Part shown: positions 50,588-63,543 of the stretch, in pieces
How positions within the stretch are numbered: position 1 is the first letter of the stretch
Layout of the letters: each line of letters opens with the position of its first letter
From: Lama guanicoe
Taxonomy: Eukaryota
Reading direction: 5' to 3'
Assembly: GCA_013239625.1 (NCBI GenBank)
Contig: MU053561.1
Coordinates: 932,826 to 996,825 of the forward strand
DNA: 64,000 nucleotides
Notes under the pieces: model-generated
Seen by the model: the letters and a program-made list of their open reading frames with translations, nothing else
The model's database searches: none
Told to the model about the DNA's origin: nothing
Translations under genes and position numbers: made by a program

Positions 50588-51649
50588 CCGCTTGGCTTAG
50601 CGCTTCAGAAACTTTCCAGCTAGCACTTCTAAAACTATTCTGGAGGGGCTTCTGCTGACCAGCTGGGGCTGGGGAGTAGATTCGAGTCCGCGCGCCCGCA
50701 AGCCAGAGGGGGCGGTGGACCGCAAAGGGTTGGGGGCGGCCGCAGGCTCAGGAGCTTGGGGGCTGGAAATCTGGCCGACCCAAGGAGAGACAGCTGTCGC
50801 TTACATTTTCTCTTTCGGCAGTGACAGTTCAATTTCCATGCTCCTGAGGCTAATAATAACGCGATTAGCGGGTGACCTGCAGAGACAGAGTTTTATGAAT
50901 TCTCCGTGTTCTTGCGGCCGGTTACGGTATTTGGGTTTAGTGCTGGGGAATTATTTTTATTAGTCGGTGAAAAGAAAATTAAAAGGAGATTTATTTCGTC
51001 CGCTCAAGCCTTTCCCTGTATTTGGATGCGGGTGCCTGTCCACGCGGACCCCTGTGTGGGCAATCCAGAAAGGAGCGTGTGGCTAATGTGTGTTTCCCAT
51101 CTCTGGCCAGACTGTTTCCTCACCGCACTTATTTCCTGTTAAAATCTCGTTTGGGCTTTCCACAGTTTAGTGAAGTTCTTTCAGGCCTTATGACAACTCA
51201 CGATTGGGGAGGTTAGTTTATTTTTCCGACGCTGGAAAAGGCAAAAAAAATTTTTTTAACTGCGCATTGCAGACGCCCTGTCCTGTCCCCAGATACCTTT
51301 CTCTATCGAGGGGTCGACAGGTCATAGTGAGCCTGTCTAGGGACGCGTGTTCAGAAGGACCGACAGGCGGAATCATAATCAGAAACTCAGCTGGCAGGTT
51401 TTTATTTATTTCCGCCGTCCTTCTCAGTCAAAAATTAGGAGATTTGAAAAATGAGGTTTTGCGACAAGGAGAGACAAGTCCAGGGACTTGAACACGAGGA
51501 CCGGGTGTCTAGAATGCTGTTTGCTCGCTCCCGCGGGAAGGTGTAGGAGGTGAGGACCTAACATAGAACTTTGTATAACAGAGGGTTCAGTTGAACAGTT
51601 CCCAATGCCTTTAACACTTTTTTTTTAAGAAAAAAGATGGGCGTTTGGA

Positions 51650-52283
51650 TTAGAGAAAACGAAATATGTTTGTGGGGCAAAGGTCTGGGAGGAGGAAGAA
51701 GCTGGAAGCCGAGAGCACTCGCAGGCCTTCTGCGGAGCGGGGCTGCTTGCCGCTGGGCCCGCCCCGTCTTAGGCCGACGGGATCTCCCAGTTGGAGTCCC
51801 CGCGGTAGCCACGACTTTCTTACGAACTGGATGAACCGGATGTAGGGTGAAAAAAGATCTTTCAGAAAAAGACCGCAGAGCGCGCGGGTGTGGAGACTCC
51901 GCCGTGTGTGGGGAGTGGAGGAGGCAGAGCCTCGGGCTGTGAGCCGGAAGGGTAGTGGAAGGCACGCTAGGGCTTGAGGTTCCCTGTAGGCCTTTCTTTC
52001 CGTCTCTAATACAGCCCTAGCAAACACAAAGGCAGGGCGACATTCAAAGTTGTGTGTATGGTAGTAGAGATGGGAAAGGGGGTGCAGGCGACTCCATTGT
52101 GCCCAGGGCCGTGTCTCTGCCCTGCTGAGCCTCACAGTTATCTTTAAATTTTCTTCTCCCGATGGGAGAAGAAGGGGCTGGACTGCTGCTGGCCCCCCCG
52201 CCCTAGGCCGATAAGAATTTAAGAACTGGAGGAAAAAAAACCCATAACAAAAAAAAATATTTTTACGGGGCTGCGGAAGGATT

Positions 52284-52339
<56 letters not shown>

Positions 52340-54600
52340 CACTCGCCTTAGAGCGGCTGCATTTATTAATCTTCACCATCCCCTCTCTCAGACCGGTACT
52401 ATCATTTTCAGGCCTCCCTCAAAATCCCAGGATCCTGGGACAACCCAAAGGACAGATTTTAATGTTTCACTTTTATTCAAAGACGTGGCCTTTTGCTTTT
52501 TCACAGCCCGTTTTTCTTTCGGCGTCCGGACAGAGCTGGCTTTAGTGGGCGCTGAGCGCCCGCAGCCTGGGGCGCCAACCTGCAGCAGCGGGGGGACCGG
52601 CTGGGCCTGCGCGCTGTAGGCCCTCACACGTCAGAAGACACACAGTATGTATTTCAAAATTTCCCACCGACCCAGGTGGTCCCTGAAAACCCCGATGCCC
52701 TCTGGGTCTTGGAGAAGGGCCTGTGAAGTACCCTCATTTTTACACCCAGGCCAGCGCTCCTTGTCTTTTGGAGAAGCCGCAGGGACTCAGCCTCTACAGG
52801 CTGGGGAGGATCTCAAAACCCGTCTCTGAAAAGCCTGGCTCTCGGGTCGGCTCGTCCCCGCCTCTCACACAGCAACAACGGAGGAAACTTTTGAGCCAGG
52901 ATCGCCGGGAACAGCTGCTCTGGCTGCAGCATTGGAAGTATATTTCAGGCACGCGGCGGCGCCATCTGCGCTGGGACCGCAGCCCCGGCTCCACCCGCCT
53001 TCGCCAGGTCGGGTTTGGGCCTTTCCCGCCCAAATCCGCAGCCAGTGCGGCTGAGGCCCGACCTCCTGCGGAGAAAAGTAATCTAAACCTTCTGCGAAGG
53101 GATTTCCCCCTCCGGAGCTCTCGGACCTGAGCCTTGCAGCCCAGGCGCTCCGGAGGCCTAAGGAGATGGCGACGCACACAGGTGGGCACACAAAGCAGGC
53201 ACACCGATGCCCCGAGAATAGATCTGCGCCCCGCACACAGGTGCACACATGTCAGGCTCTCGCATTCTCCAGGCACCCGTCTGCACAACCCTTAATGAAA
53301 TGAGACGAGGAAAACCCTCTCAGTCAGTGCTCCAGGGCACTTTTCTTCCTTCGAATTATCGAGATCAACTAATCACTCGAATTAATCTGCCAGTTTATGG
53401 CTTGTTTGCTCAGAATAAAACTCCAAAAGTTTAACCCTGACATCACCCCCCCAACCACCGCCCCCATAGGGAAACAGGGGGTTAAAACGAAGGAAGTGAC
53501 TCCACTGATTTTTAAGTAATGGAAGAAAAGCGATGAGTTTGAAGCCAGTGAGGAGAATGTGCTTCTGCGAGGCAAGCACCAGCCACGGTGCAGGTCGGGG
53601 CTTGGACCGCAGTACAAGGGTATGTGGCGCGCTGGGCGAGACGCCCAAGGGTCTGCCTGGGGTAGAATCCGGGGCTGAGAACTCCGGTTCCTCGCTGGTG
53701 TGTGCGTCCCGGACCGGTGCAGGCTTCTAGGTGCCGGGCCTGCGCCTGGCGAACGGGCCAAGTGTGGGGCCTACTGAACGTGCCCAAACTCCCTGCTGCC
53801 AGGTCAAAATGGCCTTACACGGTGGCTATCTCTTTGATAAGTGACCTTGTGTCACTATTCTGAAAGGGAGTGAAGCGGTTAGGCAAGATCTGAATTCGCT
53901 GTAGGCCAGTGAGGATGGTGGCTTGCTGGGGCAGGGCTGCCAAATGCCTTTTTCACGCACCACCCCCCGGACGGTGGCAAAATTAGATGGCCCCTGGATG
54001 GACTGCACTGGGAGAGCGCACCCCTTGTCCCCCGCGCAGTGGGGAAGGTTACAGAGAAGTTCTGTGTATAACTCCGGTCCTGGCGTGGTGGCACGATAGA
54101 AGGTACTCAGAAAAAGGAAATAATTCGAACCCATTCCATCCCAAAGATGGAGCAAACTGCTCGAGGGCAGTGGGGAGGACTGGGAACGGGGAAAACCCTG
54201 ATGCTCAGAGTTTGGACTGTGATGGAAGGGAGGTGGAGTGGGCTGTGGTTTGGACCTCCACATTTGGCTGCCCCCCCACACCCCGCTTTTCGCCCCACAT
54301 CCCCGTCCCCCGGGATGCGGTTCAGAAACCCATGTGAAGCGAGTGGAAGGCGAAGGGGTAACAGGCGAGCGTGTGGAGGTGGGAGGAGGGTGGATGGCCT
54401 CTGGCTTCTTGGTTACGCCATGCAGGACAGTCCCTTGCCCTGCGCCTCGGCCACTTCTGCCCCCTCAGGGACTGGTAGGAAGAACACAAACCTAATGGGC
54501 GGCGAAGGCTTTCCTGGACAGATCAGCTCACAGCCTAGGGGCGCAGCGATTCTGAATTCGCATCTTGCACGCCCCACCCGACGCTCTTTCTCACTGAACA
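51650..54600. promoter_or_regulatory. Intronic CpG-rich region, TBX15 intron 1
   Basis: Several CpG-rich patches (51700-51970, 52520-53250, 53560-53780, 54280-54590). Confidence 0.65.
52286..52337. repeat. (AC)26 perfect microsatellite in TBX15 intron 1
   Basis: Read directly. Confidence 0.97.
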
Positions 54601-56511
54601 CTTTATTTGGGTTCAGAGCTAGCCACTTTAGGTTTCCTGATTTTATAGGTAAAACTCCCAGAAAGAAAAGTTCACGAGGTGACGCTCATGCAGGGGGAAG
54701 TGGGAATTAAGTTTCTTACTGTGGCGCTCAGACTAAAATTCTTTTGACACATACTGGCTGCCTGATTCCTGTGTACTCTTCCCCCACCCTCTTCCAATTA
54801 CTTCAAATGATATCCTGAGCATCTTTTAATTATTAAAGATAATCAGTTTAAAATATTTAATGAATATACCAGCACGTGAGGAGGGAGCAAAAAATGGCAT
54901 GAACCTGGGAGCCAAAACGGAAATGATTGGGTATTGGTGGTCTGTGTGCCCCCATTTATTTGTATGCTTTCCTTTGTGTGGACAAGAGTGTAATGGAAGC
55001 AAGTCCCTCATCATTAATCCTTCATATTGAGCCACAAGGAGGGAGGTATAAATACACTTTGGTTCAGCAGACCTAAACATTTTGTTCATCCAAGCCTCTC
55101 CAAGGGCAATGCTAGTATTAAAGTGTGAAATATTCTAGATCTGTCACATTGTCTCTATTGCCAAAAATATAATATTAATAGGATGAGAGCACTTTTTTGA
55201 GATTCTGATTATGGACTCTACTGAAAGTTTATTTCTCACACCCAGGAGAAAAATGATTACTTCTTAAACCTGGAAGCTTGTTCTGTAGGTGACTGTAGAT
55301 TAAAAAAAAAAAAAGGCAAGGCTGAACTGTGCAAATTCCACGGGGATAAAGAGCAGACTGGCATTTCACTTTCCTTTCTGGAAATGCAGAAAGCTATCCA
55401 GTGGTTATTCTTGGGGGTGTAGCTGGATAATTGCTTTCTTACTCCCAAAAGACAAAGTAGTCAAGCAAGGGAAGAATATTTAAGTGGTTTTCTAGTTTTA
55501 ACCTTTTGGGATATTTTTCCACAGAGAAAAGCAGGGAGCTGGTAAAATGTGGAATTTGTCCCCCTCCTTTCTCCCATCCATGTGGTTTATTTTTGCTTTG
55601 CCTTTGGTTTCTAGTGCACTTTGAATTTTATATGTGCATGACTGAGATACTCAGGGGTCTGCAATGGGAAGAGCAATTAGCAAATTTTTAAATTAGGGTC
55701 TGTTTACACTTCTTTGGGCAAGGATAATCATTAGTTAATTTAAGTGAGGCCCTTGCTCTAAGTGTCAGGGTGGAAAATGAGACTCAGTAGGGAGGACCGG
55801 AGGTGAAATGGGAAGAGGTGGGGAATTAAAGCAACTGGTGACGACAAATCAACATTTATTCCATGCCATTAATGGCTTCACTTTGAGGCAGGGCAGGACA
55901 TTTTGCTGACTACAAACTGATGATGAACATTTGATACCAGAAGTGAAAACAGGCCTTAAAATCGCTACTTACTCTGTACTTTTATCTGCTAATGTCTAGT
56001 TTTGACCTTTATACAAAATAAGTATTATACAAGGTATTAGTATATACACAAGTGTATATGTTTATACACAAATTTATGTGTGAACACCAAGTTCTGAATG
56101 GGACATAGATAAAATTCAGAGAAAAGAAGCTGCTATTGGGAGGGGGGCAGTTTAACAATTTGGGAACACCTAAAATTTGAGGGGAGGCAGAAATTTTGTC
56201 ATTTCTAAGTATCTTTTGACAATTCAAGAGAATCCCAGACTTGAGACTTCTAGTTATTGGCGTTTTTACTTAACTCTTAAGTTAATTGATGGTTTTGACT
56301 AAAGCCTATGAGAAAACACCAGAAAATGAGATTGTGCAGCTGTAATTTAAAAGACCAGGGAGAGTGGAAATTTTTCTAACTAAATTTGGCTTTTACTTTT
56401 GTGAATAATGCCATCTTCATTTTGGATGGATAGAATGCCACCTTGTATTCTGAAGAGTGATTTCATGTCCTTCCATGCAGAGAGTTTAACAGAACCATTA
56501 AGAGAAATCTG

Positions 56512-56547
56512 GATGATGATGATGATAATGATGATGATAATGATAAT
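56512..56547. repeat. (GAT/AAT)n trinucleotide repeat
   Basis: gatgatgatgatgataatgatgatgataatgataat. Confidence 0.85.
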
Positions 56548-57149
56548 TAATAGAAATAATGAGAGAAATGTGATTTGGGGAAAATAATTTAAAAATACGG
56601 GGAATATATTCAACATCTTCTCCCTGTTTGTCCTCTTGTATTTTCTACAATATAGTTGCCGAGGCTCAAATGAGCTATTTCCAAATTGCCACACACTTTA
56701 GAGGACTGAAACAACAATAAAACACCAACCCATAATTGTGGATTACACAAGTAATATACTAATGCAGCCTTCTTTTAAAAACCAGTGTTACAGTAACAGT
56801 AGAGTTCCCTTGAAAAGGATCACTGAAGGTCGTTATTGCATACATAGCCGGGATCCTTAGAGTTTTAGCGCCTAGTTGTCGACGGGATAAACCGAAATTC
56901 TGACTCCCAACACCACCCCCCAGCCGCCCACCCCTCGCCTTCCCTTTACCGTCCCACAGCACAGAATGCGATGTCAAAGCCCCAGACAGGGGCTCGGAAA
57001 GCAGTTGGACCCCCTTTCTTTCCCCTCCCCCTCGCTTCCCCTCACCCCGACATCCTGTTCTCCTCCAACCTCCTACACACACGTTGAAAACTCAAATCCC
57101 TCCCCCACCACCCCCAAAACATTTCAGATGACGTTTCACCGAGGAAGGA

Positions 57150-57500
57150 ACTGGGATCGCATCTCTTACGTGAAACCATCCCTGGGAAAACAGGGCAGCT
57201 CGGGCGACTTTCAGGAGTCGGCGAAGTGGGCCGCGGCCGCGTCTGCCCGCCCTCCAGCCTCGCCCGGGTCTGGGCGGCCTCGCTGGGCGGCAGCGGCGCC
57301 CGGGCCTCGATGCGCGCGGCCCCCGTTGCTGCTCCCGCGCTCGGGGCTCCGCCTGGGCCCGCCGATCTGCCGGGCCGCTCGGGCCCGGGGTTGCCGCGGA
57401 GTCTTTGACGCTGGGGCCGGAACCCCGAGGGATGGTGCGTGACTTTCTCCGCTCTACGAGCATCCTGGAGAAGTGCGGGGACTACGGGGTAACCGGGGAG
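57150..57500. promoter_or_regulatory. Small isolated intronic CpG island
   Basis: About 300 bp of extreme GC/CpG content with sharp edges. Confidence 0.75.
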
Positions 57501-59599
57501 GCCTTGATGTAAGGTCCTCCTTCCCTCCTCCACAAAAAATCAAGAGAAAAAAAACCCCAAACCAAGCAGGACCCTAGGATCTTACACCTCGCGCCCTGAG
57601 GGGAGTTAGAGCTTTTGCTTTCATCGGGCTGAACACATTTTGGAGAAATCAAACTCAGTTCAAACATTAGCCGTTAGAAAGCAAGAATCCCTTGGCCTGA
57701 AGAATTTTTAATCCCTAACCATTTTCAAGCGGGTGATTCTTGGGTCAGTAAGTATCATGGCCAGTCCGTTAAAAAGGAAAGTCATTTTGCCGGTTCCAGA
57801 TGCAGATGATCCCCGGGTGCACAGAATTCCAAACCGCAGAGATGCCCCCCCCCCAACCCGGCACTGCCCACCGAGACAAAGGGACAACAGACAATTGTTC
57901 TTCACGCTGTTCTTTGAGACTAAAAACAATGGGGAGTAATTCTTTTCTTTAAAAAAGGAAAGAAAAGAAACTGCCCAACTCTACAAAGTAGTTTGAGAAA
58001 TGACTACATTCAGTAAGAAGCCTGCCAGGCTTCCCTTCAAGAGCTCAGCATCAGTGGAGTGGGAAGCCCTGCCTCGCTGGAGGCATCCTTGTTCCAAAGC
58101 GTCCCTCACACCAAGCGCCAGGGCCCAGAGTGGTAACCTAGGGGTTAGCTGACTTGGGTGGTTCACAGATTCCGTTTTTGCTTCTGAAAAATAATTCTTT
58201 TCACAGTGGGGGTGGCAAGCATTTGGGCCAGTAAGTGATTGTGATTACAGCCTTGCTTTCCTCGAGTTTCCTTGGGTTTTTATTTCCTAATAATTTGATT
58301 TCTTTATTATTTTTTTTTTTACAGAAAAGCTGGGGAGGGGCTATGCATAGTATAGGAGGGGAAAGTTTTGGTTAGAAAATTAATCGTGTATGCAAGCTTG
58401 CAGAGAAATACCAAATTGTAAAGCACTTCAGAAACCTTAATTACTTACATGGCTATCTGTGAGTTTCACTACACTACAAAGCTTTCAGTACAGGCCCTCA
58501 TATTCTAGATTATACCCATGTATTAAGGTAGGGGGAAGGCTAGACTAGCTTAAATTAGACCTTGATTCTAGTGCTAACTTTGTCATTAATGCTGGAACCA
58601 CGGATATTCGTTTCAAAGGTAGACATATAAATGTTGAAAAAAATGTTTTAAAGTTGTCTCAACGTCACTGATGAGGCCTGGTTTGTGAAATGTGAGAGAG
58701 GCTTAAATGACACCTGAGGCCCCTTTAGCTATAAAATTCTGTGATACTGTTAAAAAATTTTTTTCTCCTAATGCACCTTGACCATCACTTGACTCATCCC
58801 TGACTTTGTTGGAACGAGGGAAGTTTTGCTGCAGTTGTAGAAAGTAACAGTAATAGCAACACAAGACCAAAAAAAAGGGGAAAAAAGGATTTCTACAGCT
58901 AGGATTAAGGGCTTCCATAAAGCTCTTGAAAAGTTTTTAGATTAATATCACATGTTCAGAAGTCCTGGATCAGTGATTTCTACTCCTTTGTGTTTGATGT
59001 AATCTATTGCTGCTTGTGTGAACGCCCAGGACCCTCTTGCCAAAAGAATTCTATGGCATTAGAGAATTTACAGGAAATATACGTTATTTACACTTTGAAC
59101 ATTTTTTTTTTGGTGCCATATCCAGAAATAGCTGTAAAAACTCTATGGATTTAAAAAATGAAGATTGAGGAAAAGCAATGTCATCACTGGTAAATTGAAT
59201 TGGTGGACCACCCCCTTCCACCCCAGGAAAAATCAGTTGCCCCTCATTTCTATTTGAGCCTAATGGAAAGCACTGGTAACTATTTTCCATGTCTCGTCTG
59301 CTAAGCCGAGATCTTGATCTGGCAGAGATGTGAGAATGCTAAAAGGATGACTTAGTAACAGGCAAAACGCTTGTCAACAAGATAGATCAGAAGACAGCTT
59401 AGCATTCAAGACCTCTATTCATAGCTGCTGAACTTGAGGGCAGGGTCAGACAAAAAAACTGGGCCCAGGACTCACCTAGGAGGGTTTCTCATGTTTCTAT
59501 CTTGTGGGACTTTATTTCCTTACAGACGTCTACAGCTGGGCTCCAAACTCCAGTGACAGCCACCCACCCTCAGTTGATGCCCCATTCTCTGCAGCCCCA

Positions 59600-60330
59600 G
59601 CCCCGGCACAGACTTCTGTCATCACAGGGCTTGTAGATTTACTGGTCATCGCCCTCACTGCTACCCTATAAACTGCTGTGGGGCATGGACATTGTCCCCA
59701 GAGCCTAGCACGAGGGCCCGACATAGAGCAAACACTAGTGAATAACAAAAATGTAATGATGATGATAACATGATGAAAACAAAGATAACATTTATTGAAC
59801 ACTATGTGCCAGCCATTGTGCTAAGTTGTATATATACATAGACACATATTCCAAATATGATCTATAACAATTATATATACATCACAAATAATATATAACA
59901 ATTATATATATATGTGTGTGTGTATGTGTGTGATTTTCCAAAACACTAATGAGATAGTTCCTCTGCTTATCATTTCTATTTGTTACAATGAATGGATTAC
60001 ATAAGGTTTAGAAGGTCAAGTTCCTGGAGTCAGGCTGCATGCATCTGAGCAGTAGTTCCAACACTTGGTAGTTGCATGGCCTTGGGTGAGTTCCTTAATC
60101 TCTCTCAACCCTAGTTTTGGCATCTGTGAAATTGCAAGAAGAAATGTATTCATCGAAAGGTGGTTTTGAGACATCTCTGCACTGCTGACCTCTTTAAATG
60201 GAGGTACAGAGTACTTTTGTTGGCAGAAAAAAATAGAGGTAAAGAAAAATTTAAAAAAAGAGGTGGTCATGAGGATTAAATGAGATCGTGCACATCTAGG
60301 AACGATGGATTTAGCACAGTGCCTGTTATT
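59600..60330. mobile_element. Cluster of an L2 3' end (+), a MIR (-) and a MIR (+)
   Basis: ccccagagcctagcac; atttattgaacactatgtgccag; ccttgggtgagttccttaatctctct...catctgtgaaat...gaggattaaatgaga. Confidence 0.7.
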
Positions 60331-61549
60331 CCTGTCAATCGAATTATCTGATAGTGATTACTCACCTCGGTGACCAGTGTAAATAAGAGATTGTAGCCAA
60401 TTGTCACCTCTGGCAGCCACCGCACCTCTCACCCAGTCTTTTGCTTGAAATGGGATGTTTGGAACTTCGAGTGGGATCTGCCCTTGGTGTATAAACTTAC
60501 AGTTAGAAACAGAGTATTTTGAGTATATGTGGTTTGATCAAGTCCCATTGAACTCTGAGAGCCATTGTTATTCGGAGTTCCCCTTAAGCAAAGAGCCAGC
60601 ACCTGAATGGGCATCTGAGGGAGGGAGAGCCGGCTTCAGGGCTGGGGATCAGCCAGCTGGTATAAGGTAGGAAGAGGGGGTGGGCAGAGGGCGGGGCAGG
60701 GAGCCGCAGCGTTCCCAGCTCCTCAGGAACTCAGCTCTGGCCGAGGACAGAGGGGCCTTTCTGGACGCAGAAAAGTGGAATAACACGAACATGTTTCTCT
60801 TTGGTTAGTTTCTGGAGCCCAGAAATCCCCCAAAGTTCAGGTTTTATCATATAGGTAATAGAAAACGTTCATTTTCATAAGGCTTTGTTTGTGAAGCCTG
60901 TATTATGATGGACCCCCAGGATTCTGGGCAAAATGAGCCAGTTGCACCAATTAGCTTGAGGCGGCACTGAAGGATTTGTAAGTGTTGCTTGGTCGAGTTA
61001 AAAAGAAAGAGAGAGTGAGTAAAGGGATGAAATGAAGGGAAAACCTGTAACTAAGCAAACTGTTGGGGAAGAAGAGACTGGGAAGTCTTTTTTCAGGGAA
61101 CCAGCAGAAGCTCCAGTCATTGTGCTAGAACTCACATCTACCTGCACAGTTTTGCCCAATTTTCTTCCTTCCAGAAAGCAGAAGCCTGGGTTTGATCATT
61201 TACTTTTTTTTTTTTTTAAGAAAATAGTTTTACCCTAGACTGTTTCTGTTGATTCCTGGCGGCAGAGGGAGAAGGTGCATTCCTAGGGGAAGGGGAATGG
61301 AGATGGATGCTTCCCCAGGCCTCCCTCATTCAAGGAGCCCGGGGCCCCTCACCAGCAGTGCTGAGGTCCTGCCCGACCATCCAGAGGCGGGAGCTGCTTT
61401 GCCCTGGCTGGGATTCCATTCTCAGTCTTCAAAGTAGACTCTCTGCTCCACATTTTGTCTTCAAGACCGATGTCAGCATGCTTCCAATCTTACAAGCATC
61501 ATCTTATCTCAGCGTGCCCGCAGTGCTGACCGTAGAGCTTTCATGGCCG

Positions 61550-61790
61550 GAGGGGATGCCCTGTACCAGGCACTGTGCTGAAGGTTTCCTTCACGTTCTC
61601 CCACTGCAGGCACCCAACAGTCCTCCAAGGGGAGGTCGTTGTTTCCCCACTGACAGATGAGGATACTGAGGCTCCAACAGATTAAATAACTTGTCCACAC
61701 ACACAGCTACAGTTCACTTTAGGTGGCCTGGCCAGAAATTTTCAACCCAGCTCCATGTGGCTCCAGAGTCAAGGTCTTAACCACTAGACT
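61550..61790 (-). mobile_element. MIR SINE
   Basis: ccaggcactgtgctgaag...acagatgaggatactgaggctc...ggctccagagtc. Confidence 0.8.
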
Positions 61791-63500
61791 GTTTTGCTCC
61801 CCTCTGCAATGATTCTTCAGTCCTCTGGGGAGAACTCTGAACTTTTGTAGGTGGAAGTTGATGCTTGCTGTCTATGCTGTCTCCCTAAAGAGACTGGTAA
61901 ATCATCCATGAGCGAGAGCTCATTTATAGTGTCTGGGTGTCTCTTCCTTTCCTTTTGTTACGGTCCCTCTGGTCCAAAGATGCCTTCTTCATACCTGCTG
62001 GTAGAAGCCTCTGAGACAGGGTTGAGTTCTTAAGCCATAGTTTTGGGGAGGGGGCAAATGCAGGCTTCCCAACGTGACTGGCTTTTCTTTGACTTTAATG
62101 CACGGAAATCTCAGTGTCTGCAATGTGGTGGATACGTATTGAATTTGATCTAAAACCTCCTCATCCTAAATCCCCTCATACAGTGAAATTCAGGGGAAAC
62201 GTTAACTGCTCTGTTTTACCCATTCCCTTCTCCATTCACGACGGGATGGATGGAATCTTATTGGTAATTGATTCAAAATGGAACAGCTTAGAAACATATC
62301 AGTTGCAGTGACGAGCAATTCGTGCATTTCTAAGTACTGTTGACTTTTTTTTCAAACTCAGCAATCACAGCTGAAATCCCTTTGCCATGGATTGAATTTA
62401 CAAAGGAGGAGATTCTGATTTCCACAGTGGCTTCCTTCTAATGCCCAAGGATTAGGAAACTGCCTTGAGGACCCACAGCAAGTACACTCGCTCTCAGAGT
62501 CGCGGCTTTAACTTTAACCTCTGAGTGACTGCTCTAATTCATTTATTTTGGAACAGCTCTATTTAGAGCAGCCTAGTTCAGTATGCGGTCAGTTATTTGC
62601 AGAAATCTCGCATCCCGATAAACTCTTACACCTTGAACTCCTTCACTCTTCTGACACAATTTAAGTGGATATGACCCCAGCAGTGAGTTTCAGGAGACTT
62701 AACAATGTGTTTCGAGGTTTTGTGATCGACCTGTTCACTGTCTTTCTGTCATCCTTTACTCCCTATACCCCACCTCCCTGTCCCCGAGTAACCTTCCTCT
62801 CTTAGGAAGTCTGATGCCTTCAACAGGGATTTGGAGAAAAACTACAATGCTCCCCACCCCTCCAAACCGATTTTGGTGTGTGAACTGTTAATCTGTTTCT
62901 TGGCTATTTAACTGTAAAGTCAATCATCTCCCTGTCTGTCTTGCACAGTGATAGAAGAGTGGCCTTTAGAAGCTAAAAAGAGAAAAATGTCAGGTCAGTC
63001 TCTGTTTTAAAGCTTGACTTTCTCCTAGTGCTCACCTCACTCTGTGCTGCGGTGATTGATGAGATTTGATATGCTCTTGCAGCAACAGAAGCTTATGAAT
63101 CTCTGGGCCCCTTTTCTTCCCCAAGCAACCCACGTGGACCCAAACTCTTGAAACAGAGAGAAGAGGAATGCTACAGTCTTGGGGGACCTACAGGGTCTCA
63201 TCCATGAGATCTGTCCATTGAGAAAGGTAGATGCTGCAAGGTATGAAACCAGCCAGGCCTTGGCCATTTCAATTTTCCTTCAGTGTTTGGAGCACTAGTT
63301 GCCTGACCAGCCTTCATCCTGGGAATGTTAGATGCCATCTGGTGCAACTGTGCATTACCCAGATTAAACTGTGACATCACAGAGATTTAAGGCATCTCTG
63401 TGATATTCTGACTGGGTGGTAGGTACTGCAGGAGGCACTTCCTACAGACACAGGGCAATTTGACTGCTGTAGGCGTGAGCAGAGAGTAAACCAAGCCCTG

Positions 63501-63543
63501 GTGAGTGAGTGTGTGTGTGTGCGTGTGTGTGTGTGTGTGTGTG
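63501..63543. repeat. Imperfect (GT)n microsatellite
   Basis: Read directly. Confidence 0.9.

Larger units (their letters stand above)
47600..50950. promoter_or_regulatory. TBX15 promoter / exon 1 CpG island
   Basis: CpG-dense across the promoter, leader, exon 1 and the intron 1 start. Confidence 0.85.

Noticed and set aside
29478..57533. Many overlapping 100-270 aa ORFs rich in Arg, Gly, Pro and Ala (e.g. 43801-44616, 48221-48886, 51650-52342, 39463-40134)
   Set aside because: Expected from stop-codon depletion in GC-rich DNA; they occur on both strands, mostly have non-ATG starts and show no recognisable domains
37750..63040. Isolated minus-strand donor consensus sites (near 37750, 38782, 59472, 60360, 63031) suggesting an antisense lncRNA
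   Set aside because: No matching acceptors or exon chain could be supported; lone donors are common by chance
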